The notes under the pieces are model-generated. The model was given only the letters and a program-made list of their open reading frames with translations. It made no database searches and was not told where the DNA came from. From Phoronis australis (lineage: Eukaryota > Animalia > Phoronida), in the NCBI GenBank assembly GCA_002633005.1, contig NMRA01000341.1:389474-453473 (forward strand): a stretch of DNA of 64,000 nt, written 5' to 3'. Of the stretch, positions 47,989-59,200 are shown one piece after another. Both the position numbers and the translations under genes were made by a program. Each line of letters starts with the position of its first letter. Position 1 is the first letter of the stretch.

Positions 47989-48731
47989 CAGCCTTGTTCC
48001 CAAGCCTCAAGATGGCTCTCATCGTCTTAGTTATTTAAAGCTTGGTTATGGGAACTGCTGGGATCCATCAAATGCCGAGACAAAGCCCCCCACACGAGTG
48101 AATCTCCGGAGTCAAAATCAGATAGGCCAACAGTATAGCCACCAAACTAAAAAGTACGTATCTTGGAACAAATATATTAATTTTTTGTTTAACCTTCGAG
48201 TACTCCAGCAACATTGTTAAGTTTAGCTGCTCGTGTGGCCGTCCACACAATTTGATCCCGTCATCGTTTACACAGTCGACAACACTTTTTGGCTTAGGGA
48301 ATGCCCAAAAAATAACGGGATAGTCATAACATTCAGTCATTTCCATTGGTTGAAATCTGGGAAACCCACTTCAGTTTACTGTTACGTAGTATGGCGACCA
48401 CCTTTGATTTAAATCGTTGCAATTTATTAAAACGGGCAGTGATTGAAGTAAACAAAATCAAAATCAACGAACTCCAATCCAGTGGCTTAAGCCCAAACAA
48501 GTGCAGTGCATAAAGGCGCGTGCTTGTGGTGGCGATGTGATTGACCAAGGCATGCGCATTGATGCTCACACACGGAATTCCGTGTGTCGTTCATCTTGTT
48601 TCCACAGGGCCACCTTTCAGTATAGGTAGCGCTGTGTCAAAGGGTAAATTCTGACATTATTTCATTTCTCATAACCAAGCCTCCAATGGCTAAACCTATC
48701 AGCACCATCATGAGGCTTGGGGACGAGGTTG
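47989..48731. mobile_element. Non-autonomous AcademH-like DNA transposon with THAP-like (-) and RecQ-helicase-like (+) relics
   Basis: TIRs of about 68 bp (CAGCCTTGTTCCCAAGCCTCA... and ...TGAGGCTTGGGGACGAGGTTG); degenerate 9-bp flanks cgaagggat/cgaggctat; internal FPKPK..IKLCGRPHEQLN..YICSK and WLKPKQVQCIKA...GDVI. Confidence 0.7.
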
Positions 48732-48949
48732 CGAGGCTATAAAACGATTAGCTGCGTTCGTTATGTCAACAAATTCCACCACTCGTTTTGTCATTCTTTT
48801 GAATGATTGCTACCATGAAGTACTTTTCTTCAACATTTATTGAAGAATTTCACCCCGTATCACAATTGGTGAACAACGTAGGGCATTAGAAAAGTACTAT
48901 TAGTAAGTTATTGAGGGCAATTTCATTAAACCCTGACCCCCGGGTCAGT

Positions 48950-49442
48950 TACAAATTGACTTCTGCTCTTGCCTACTAGGATACGGAAGTGCCGCCATTC
49001 TGAGAGCGTCATCCTTGTTGACCTTGTTGAATCTTGAATTTCAGTCGCGAATCCAGGTACCCTTCCGATAAGTGGAAATTGTCAAATATCTGGTTGGTAA
49101 TGACACATTTTAACCTGAATTTCTGGAATCTAAAGTTTTTTTTTAATATGATCGAGCATTCGGATGATGGTCTCTTTTCTTGCGCCGGATCAGTCGTGAA
49201 TTTGTGATTTTAGGTAAAATATGGCCATAATCGCACTTTTTTGTCATTTTTGGAACCTTGAATTTTTCACGGTGGGTGTAGCACGTTAAAAATGTCTTTG
49301 TTGCTTTTCTTCATTTTTGAGAAACCCCATAGAGTGTGTCTCTGTCATTTATGTCTTTTTTCAAAGGTCCGAGACAGGTGTGGAAACAAGACCTTTGACT
49401 GACCCAGGTCAGCGATGAGATCAAAATCAGCCACTGATACTG
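48950..49442 (+). repeat. Dispersed repeat family E copy 3
   Basis: See copies 1 and 2. Confidence 0.75.
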
Positions 49443-52400
49443 ATCTTCAAATGTTTTTTCTTTATCTTCATATTGTCAATCTGATGCAAAATATGAGTAC
49501 TTGCCGTGTGACTATCGAAAGCGCACGTCATAACTTAGCAGCAAATCAGCACCGGCTTTACTGGCCGTTATAAATATCAAGTAGAAATAAAAAAAAAAAC
49601 ATCCACACAATGTTTCAACAAGCAGAAACATTTCTATCTTAAACATTGCGCTTTTCAGCTGAATTGCAACACTTGTGCTTGGTTTTTGCTGCCCGGACAT
49701 GACACTAACTGGCGAAGTTTCCCCGCCGGGCAGTTGTCATGCGTCACTACGGAGGAAAAATGACTTGGTGGTAAATTGACTTCAATTTTCAATTAGTAGA
49801 CAAAACATATTTCAAAACGTGACAAAAGTTTCAACCAACACCTCAGTTGTTTAAAAATAAAAATTCTGCAACTGATAAACCGGCAAACGGGAGGGAAGGG
49901 GTGCAGTGAACTGCGTAGTCTATGAGCTGGGGTAGTATTGCAGTGTTAGGAGCATGGCGTAGTGTTTTTGTTCAACTTTAATCACACGAGTTTCAACTAT
50001 TCAAGGCTTGCGGAGCTACATGTACTTGTAATTAATGGTTTCATCCTACATGTGTATGCCGCGGAGCACTGATGTCCGCAGGCGATCGGGGTCTTGCGGG
50101 TAGTGCCGGGCTAGTATACGAATGTTTCAGGCTGAATGAAAACTTCATTTTACTTTAAACTATTTATATTAATATTTTACCATTTGGAACCATACCAAGT
50201 TTTCTTTCTGAAGTTCTTTCGCCACCAGTTGATGCCATGTATTCTACAAGAAATAGGCCGTCGTTCATTGTTGACCGTCAACTGCCTAACCAAATCTCCG
50301 GAAACCAACGTTATCTACGTTTTCCCTGTCTAAATTTATTTTCAGTATTTTCGTGAGTTGTCAGAATATTCTTACTGCATAGCAGTTTTACTGAATTATT
50401 TTGCTGGTGCGTGTTCGTTGCTATGTTTATCCTGTTTACCTGAGTTAATTATTCCCAGTGAAAGACGCTTAGCGTAGTCGAATCATTAGATTAGTAGTCG
50501 GCCTTGTTATTCAACTGTTCCTTAATGAATCTCACTTCTGACTTCATTAGCGGCAAATCTAAAATGACGGAGTATCACTTGGCTCCAGTTCGTGACAAAT
50601 TAGGATTTATGTGACTTTTTGACCAATGGATTTAGTTAGGATTAACTTGTAGGTACAGGTGGCTTTGTTAAACATGCTCTAACCATCTAGTAATGGTCAA
50701 GATGACAGTGCTATTAGGTCTTTAAAGACGCCAAGTCTTTTCAAAGAAAACGTGTGTAGTTGTAAGAAATTTTTTGACAATTAGCATGTTGACTTTTCCT
50801 ATCTCAGCTGAGCAAAATTCTTATTGAGGGAGGTGATGGCAAACCCAGTGGGATCCCCTCTAAATTCGACACTCTCAGTAACATCGTTGAGGGGTTTCAC
50901 GGACAGCAAACAAGGATTTGAGTGAGGGAATACTTCACAGTCACATCTAGCATAACCTACACATATCAAATCCTGGAGAAAAAGAATGTTAGCAAAAATT
51001 GACAGTAGCGAGGATTCGCAACCACTCAGCTACGCAGTAGCATAGTGATTTAAATGAGAAACGTATTTTTCCATAAATTAGTGTTATCGTGGAACACCCA
51101 TTAACAATGTCATCCGAACGCTATGCCGCCACACGCCAACTTGCAGAATATTTTAAAGGCATGCTTTCCTTTACTTACGCCAATTAGAACTCATGGTAAC
51201 TTACGTCAAACGAAATGTATCACTGAAAAAAAAAAAAACATTTCGCAACTTTTTAGTCCCACTTGTGTTTGCTTTATTTTACTGTTATTCCTAAGTGGAC
51301 GGGGTTTCCGTAGAAACCGCATAACATGTTTTGGCAGTGGATAGAGTATCCATGTGAGTTTTGGGACATTCACTTGATTTAAAGTGACACGCTCGCTTTT
51401 ATGGCAGAACAACGCATTTTGAAAATCATTGTTTAATGGAAGTAGGTTTGATTAGAGCCAGACAATAAGCAAATCTTTTGCGTTTTTGTGATTTCATTAC
51501 AAAACGCCAATTATAGTCTTTATCTGCCAGTAATTGGCTGAAGTCAAGGTCAGTTACCGTACTAGGTAAATTTGCTTACAATACCCTGCTACTTACCGAT
51601 TGGGTTTAGCTCAACCAGGAAAGCGGTCTGCTCAGTGCTGTAGGGGGTCGTAGGCGCACGTAGGCGCAGCCAACCATCTTTTGGCATTTGAACGTAGCGC
51701 CTACTTACCTCTAATTTTACCACTACAGCACTGGGTCTCCTGCAACCGCAGAGGGCGTGAGTTGGATTTCGTGTTGGTGCTGATCTCAGAAACCCCTTTC
51801 CTCGCCTATAAAATCACTTTAAAATGGCATTGGTCACTTCAAATCAACGATTATTTTCCAATAATACTTGTAACTGGACTGTATAATAGGATCAATTTGA
51901 CAACACACTGAATAATACGCAAAACGCACAGACCTTAATGTGGCTGAAGATAGCGAACTGTTTCACTATACTGCACCAGTCTTCCTAAGACCAATTTGTC
52001 TTAGCCTCGTTTCATGAAATTTCTCAAAACCTAAATTAAGGACGAAATCTTTCGTAATACTTCGAGGTACCCCACTTGAGGAGTACAATTGCTTTTTACA
52101 GTCTGATGAGAAATAACTTTTGCAATTGACATCGCACTGCCCTAAAAGACTTAACGAACCCTGAATTGGAAGACGCTATGTTGACTTCATTGAAAAAAGC
52201 AAACATCCTTTGACAGGGAGTATTATTATCATTATTATAGTAACCCTTCCTACTGACCTACATGAAAGAGTCTGCTGGTATTCACGTTTACCCATGGGCA
52301 ATTACTCGCCCTACGGAAAAAAAGAAATAAACACGAAGTAGTGTTGAACTTTTATCTAAACATTGTTTTGCACAAATTCATTGAGCAAAGCTTTATAGGT

Positions 52401-53682
52401 ACGTGTATGGAAACTGTCTCTCCCACACCGCGGACTTTGTAATCAGCAGAAAATGTTTATTAACTCCCTATTCAGTCTATTGAAGTGTTCATCTGGCTTT
52501 GTTGTAGTAGTAATTAGATTTTAGTAAGTAAAAATAATCGCAAAGTGTGACATAGGTAGGATTGAATAACAACGTATTTTTCTTCACCCATCTACGTTGC
52601 AAACAAGAACAAACTCTAGCTCTTATAGGCCTACATCTTTACTAACTTGAAATGCTTCAGCAAAGTTTTGAACTTAAATGCTTACTAGTCGCACTTTCGA
52701 TCACGCCACACCACGGTGGTCTAACATCATTAACAACGTGAGACAATATAAGCTTGCATTATCTTACTAATATTTGGTCAGAGTTGTCTCCACGTGTTAG
52801 TGCACGCAGTGCTTTCAGCCAAAAGCATGGTATTATCTCGTGATACCGGGCATCAAATGCAATGGCAAACGAGCGTTTCGGCTTTTGACAACTAGGTTTC
52901 GTTTCTTCTGCTTCTCTTAAGCGCAAATTGTCCCTTTGCCGAACTTTTTGAACGGACTTCTACATCAAATGTCGTGTCGATTTCCACTCGTTTGTTGGGT
53001 TCCAGATGAGCCGCCACGTGGTCGAGCCAGTTTCGCCACCTGTTGACTGGATCTAATAAGCTTGCGTTTACTGTGGCCACTTTTCTCCACAACAATTAAT
53101 CATGCCAAAAATTATACCATGACACTTGGCTTACCTCAAAATCCAACTGCTGCCTGGTGGTTTGGTAATTGACCCAATTATGTTACACACCCAGCAGAAT
53201 TAATGAGGAACATATTATTGCAGCATTAAGCAAAAGTTGTAAGAGTAACATTTCTTGTCCAATTTTCAAAATTCAAAAACCTATTAATCAGTATGCTTCA
53301 AACATTCAAAAGGAAAAGTTAAAAATACTAATTTCGCTCCCAATGTGTTTATGATGGTCTCATTATCTGGAGAACGATAACTTTAGCAGCCTGAGGCGAT
53401 TTAATTAGCCATAGCAGCATGGTGTCTTTGATCTAAACCGGCAGATTCTGTGATGCGCAAGCCAGTTGAGTAGCACAATCTCGACCGGTTAGAGTGTCAA
53501 CATAGGATTCTTTTCATGATAAAATGACACTTGAAAAAATATCCTATATGTGTGTCACGTGCACTTATTTCAAGCGGACGTTTTAATACGAATTGCTTTG
53601 ACTAATATAATGCCTGGTACTAAACATTCTCGCGAGCAGGTACGCCTATTATGTATCAAACTCGTGAACTGGGGTGCGTTCC

Positions 53683-53895
53683 GTCAAAGAACAAAAATGT
53701 TCACAAAATACCCCCCACACACGTCCATCGGTTGCCGCTCGAGGTCAAGGACGGTACGGAAATTGCCGGTGAGTTACAGAAGTACCTACGTCGTGACTTT
53801 ACGCGACAAAACGACAATTTCCGTACCGTCCTTGACCTCGAGCGGCAACCGATGGACGTGTGTGGGGTTTTTTGTGAACATTTTTGTTCTTTGAC
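53683..53895. mobile_element. Near-perfect foldback MITE (arms about 85 bp, spacer about 43 bp)
   Basis: 53683-53768 is the reverse complement of 53812-53895 with very few mismatches. Confidence 0.92.
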
Positions 53896-55353
53896 TGCGA
53901 ATTTCTTACGAAGTCGCCGGAACAGGACACCGTGAATGGTATTGGGAGAAAGAACAATTCTTCATGGTTTGTTGAACCTCTGTTTTGTGTAAATTTATTG
54001 AGTTTTATGTTTGCTATGGACGGCTGAAGTGAAGCACCCGTGGAATTTCTGGTCGGAAGTGTCATACCTTGTAGTATTATATGTAGTGTATTGGGGACGA
54101 TCAGAAGCTGAGGACGCCTGTGGTTGTGAGCGGTATAATACAAATGCACAGTGTAAAGGAAAAGCGCTGTATCAGTGCAGCGCATTTGTTACAAAGTAAC
54201 AGTAGGTCGCTGTATAGTAGGAACATCAGCTTACTAAGGTGTCGCCCGTATGGAACAGGCATCGTCGAGAAATCAAAAGTACAAGACACGACCGAAAAGG
54301 GGACCAAAGACAAAATCGAAGTTCGCCGCCTTTTTCGGTTACCGAAGTTGCGTTAAGTACAAAATATAGCACTATCTTCCTTTGTGATGACATTAATTTA
54401 GGTCACCCCAAAATGAATTATAATCCTGATTCAATGATTTAAATCTTGTTGGATTGAACGTTACATTGCCCGAAGCAACAGGCTGTCCTGTCTTGTGAAC
54501 ATTTTAGTACATATCTGCCGAAACGAGTTGATTTGAAGCCTTTCAGTAATAGACAGTCGTGAGTTTTGCGTATGAAAACGTTACATTATCAATGGCCGCG
54601 AACTTGCTTGTCAAATATTCTCGTGTGAGAAACAGTAATGTCTAAGGTTTCCACAATTAGTCGATTTGTAATCAATTCCCGTACTGGAGCGATCGAATTC
54701 GATGTCGATACGCTAAGGCCCATTTCGAGTCGATTCTTAGTTCCAGTTTTCACCGTTAGATGTCTTACGAAGTCACGGCATTTTCGATTGTATCTTTTGA
54801 AGAATGTTTGTGAGATATTTATAAGAATTAAACAGCTCAGGATCGAACATTAATTGGAATTTTATCATACTGAACAATTTTCATCTGAACTTTTCGAAAA
54901 TACAATGTTGTTGCTGCTAAGGTATACAACGTAGTCACAGATTTGCAGACAGCACATCTTCGGGGTCTTCGCTTAGGTCGAGGCAAGGCATGGACCGTTT
55001 CAGAAAATGAATTGATTTGCCAAACATGAATCGAATCGAAAATAACCGAATTCCTGCTAAAAAGAATGAAATCGAATCCAATTCCTAAAAATTTACACCG
55101 TCTCACCCTCAGCTATACCTTTTTATGTTTAGGCCGAAAACCAAAGGAAAACAATGTCATTGTGACAAAAATGGCAACGAAACTTGATACACAAAGATAA
55201 ACCCCCAACTAAAGTGTAGGGCAACTTTATCACAAATGGGTACCTTTTCAAAACTCTTAACTATCGGTCACTCATTTACATAAATCTCTTGTCCAGCGTT
55301 TTCTTTCTTTGCCAATTTCCATGATTGAAAAGTATTGGGGACATAACACACCT

Positions 55354-56297
55354 TAGGCAATGGCCATCGCCTCTGTTGGCCTGACCAGGGGCGATGCAGC
55401 TCCTATAGGCGCTCCATACGCCGGAAGCTTTCCGGCGAATTATGCCTCGCACCGACTAAAACATCAAAGTCACGTTGTTATAAATACCTTTTGCGCATAG
55501 AGGAACACCTTAGATGTGATTAATTCCTTCCAACTCTAACAAATACTCCCGTTATCAAACTTTTTCTTCGAGCAGTCCCTATTTCAGTTCCCAAAATCGT
55601 GAACTCATCATTTACTCGGCGCACGCCAAAATTGAGATATGACCTCGTTCTTTTAACCAGGCCGAAGGTCAGAAGTTGCGGTCCTACCGGCAAACTTTGA
55701 AAGCTGACGTCCCCGCCCTCTGCGTACGTGCTGCCGGGAACCAGTCGTGCATTTGCCTTGTTAGACATTAAAATGTCAAATATGTGCACAAAGACTATTA
55801 AATGTCATATCAACAGCATTTATTTTTATCAAATACAAACCATAATTCATTGAAATACAATCAGTTTCAAGTAAAGCCAGTTAAAGACAAGTAGTGGTGG
55901 CATTTTGGAAACGAACATTTGACTGACAAGACCGCAGTGGTTCACCTTTGGCCTGTTTAAAGAAAGAGGTCATAAAGTCACATCACCTAGCGAGCGCGGT
56001 AAAAATTGGAGCGTGCGCAGTATAAAAATGGTGAGTTCACGATTTTGGGAACTGAACGAGTGACTGCTCGAACAAAAAGTTCGACAACGGAAGTATCTGT
56101 TCGAGTTGGAAGGTGAATTAAACACACCGACAACCTCCTAAGGTATCCATCTATGCGCAAAAGATATTCATAACAACGTGACTTTCATGCTTTAGCCAGT
56201 GCGAGGCATAATTCGCAGAAAAGCTTCCGGCGTATGGAGCGCCTATAGGAGCTGCATCGCCTCTGGTCGGGCAAACAGAGGCGATGATCATTGCCTA
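55354..56297. mobile_element. Non-autonomous long-TIR DNA transposon, AcademH-like (MULE alternative)
   Basis: TAGGCAATG...CATTGCCTA termini, imperfect TIRs of about 330 bp, perfect 9-bp TSD AACACACCT (55345-55353 and 56298-56306). Confidence 0.9.
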
Positions 56298-59200
56298 AAC
56301 ACACCTGCGACACCTCCCAGAAGTTACCCCCTCACGGTAGTGAGGGAGGTTTGCACACCCTTGTGAATGACTGCAGGCTATCGGTACTTGTTCCGTGTAA
56401 GAGATGCAGTGGTCACTCGCAATGAGTGGTGACGCACTACCGGTATACATGTTCTGCGTTTGTGACGACTGTCCGAGTTCCATCGATTGTGTGACCTGAT
56501 CTTTACTTGTGTGAGAAGTTGGCGTTTTACAGGAAGTGGCGCACGCGCTATATTTACCAGAATTTCACTTTCTAGACATCACTTGACGATGACACTTCAA
56601 CCTTCAACTTCAAATGACATTTTAACTATATTTTGGTGATTTCAACCAAACCACATTCTGCCACGTGCTAATGCACCATTGGCGTCCCACCTGAGTTCAT
56701 ATCAAGGCTGCTTTCAAATAAAAACTCATACTTTATTTGGCACAGATAAGATGTTATGGTTCTTGTGGGTGGTCTTTCCCCACAGGTGTGTAACTCCCTA
56801 AAGCGTAGGTCACGCTTGCCCTTTTGGTATTCTTTGTAATCAATTTTCAAACATTGCTCAGAACAATTAAGGGTTGTCAAGAGTCACAGTGCATTATCTT
56901 GTTTTAGAGAACTATAGATCGGAACATTCTTTTTAATATCTATTAATAGGCCAAAACCTGGTTTGATACCCTTTCAAGACAAATGCTTGTTGTTGTATAA
57001 GCCAGATTTTTGTTTTTTTAACACGACTTATATCATTTGCAACAATCACTCATGTCACGAAAAACATCCCGATGAATTTTCTAAGGTACAGGCTAACTGG
57101 TGCGCTCGATCCTATCTACATGTAGCAATAGATCTACGAAGTGGAGGCGGCCTTTCGCGACACATCATTAAAGTCCCTAAATAAAAGTCTTCTGCTGATA
57201 TTTATTGATTATATGTGATCCATTTAGAAGTCATTAATTATAAATAGGATCCTAAAAATAAATGCTATAAATCATTTATAACCTTGACCTTGGACCGAGG
57301 TCTGTGCAGAGGCGTGTTATTGGAAAGACGCATGCAATGAAACCTATATGTTATTTCAATTCTCGCGTGACTTAATTTTTGATTGATAACACCATTTAGT
57401 AGAAGCTGAGTGGAAACACAAGCTTAGCGGCTGCATTTAAAAATAACAGCGATGAGACTGACACTTTCTTTCTTCACTTTTTAGGACTTGGACGCATGCA
57501 CATCCTTGCAATTTACTCATGATACTGGCATGCATACTTATTTCATCCTTTGAAGACACGGTGTTAATACTATTATCGGAATTATCCTGGAGTTTGTCGT
57601 TGACCTGGATTTCATATTTACTTCACGCGAAATCAAGGCCGAAAAGTCTCCTGAAATGCGTTCTTAGTTTTACACAAACTATTAATTGCAGCACACGCTT
57701 TGCCTGGCGAAAGACGGACTCACTGATGTCGGTAATGAATTAATGGTAGGCGTATACATATAAGCCACTACACTTAACGGTATAATTTGGGAAGTAGTCA
57801 GAAACACCCGTGAAAACCGAACCTTTTAACAGCTCAATAGCTACGCAATGTGTGCCATGTATTTAAGTTGAATGGTCCAGGCACATTCTCAAACTCAGGC
57901 TACCCGAACAACACTGTTCACCAACTCACATTATTTGATATGTGCACGAGCCGTGTTGTTCAAGTAGCCTGCGGCCGTTAATCAGTAGACGACTTTGAGG
58001 TACTGAATGTGTTGTGCTGCCATCCACAGATATTTTGAATCGACAAGTGGAGAATGATAAATATCAGTAAGTGCGTTTGGTCTAAAACTGACCTGGAGCT
58101 GTAATCTAATCTGTGTAGGCCCCACTCGAAGTCGAAATTATTTGTTTGCATTTTTCTGTTTTATTTTTGTGCGAACTCAAGATAATTGTCCATTTTGAGC
58201 TTGAAAACACCATATAATCTGCGTGGATTACTGTCTAGTTTGAACCCAATGGTCACCAAACTTCGAATCTCTACTCGAAATCTCAAGTTTTTACTGGAAA
58301 TCAGTCTAGTTTTAATCAAGTACATAGCTCGAATGTAAGGGTCACCACGTGCGAATCTGTAGTAAATACTCACCGCCGTAAACAATAATATACTCGGACG
58401 GTGACGATCGTTTACCTTGAGTTTGCAGAAACGCAGAATATTAAATGCAACATAGATTTTGAGCACAATGATTAGACCCCAAAAACTGATGTCTTGTCTG
58501 CGAATGACGTCATATGCTATTTGTCCCACATTTCTATAATTATGCAGATGTCGCTATATGATCAAGGTAAATTAGTGAGCTGGTGGGTCACGTTCTTCAT
58601 CCCATTGCAAGTTTGCTGGATATATTTTTGGAACAATTGCAGGATGATATCTTTAATACAGAATGAATTGCATACATGCATACATGTAGTCTTTGATGAG
58701 ACGTTAACCGTTCACGAAGTTTTTACCATAAGGAAATTAAATTATTGATTTATTTACAGCATTTTACTCGATTTTGTCTTTAAACACAGCATTACAACGT
58801 TACACTGAAGTACTTCCTGGATCAAGTTATAAAATGAATTGATCCAGCGTGGTAAGTAGCAACAGCCACTCAAGCACCAATAGAATATTTACCGGCTGTT
58901 CAGCCGACGTTCTACGACACGCTACTAGGTGACACAGTGCGAAGACAGTGGCAAAATGAACACATCATTATTCTAAACAATCAAATTTTACCTAGTCTAA
59001 TTTTAGACGATTGAAGGAATTATTAACCATTGAGCATATCAAATGGGATACTTTAAAATCAGCAGCTGTCTTCAGCATACAACGACTGGAAACACTCCTT
59101 CTATTTAATAACACTTTCGTAAATAAATAGAATATGCTGACACCACGTAAAACCTAATCGCGACAAAACAAGATGATTTGAAACGATAGAAAAATACCTT

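Noticed and set aside
53116-53135. ATG|gtataa as calmodulin-like exon 1
   Set aside because: Weak donor lying just downstream of a stronger GTAAGC donor; cannot be preferred without transcript data
53651-54185. Overlapping ORFs sharing SKNKNVHK
   Set aside because: Mirror translations of the foldback arms
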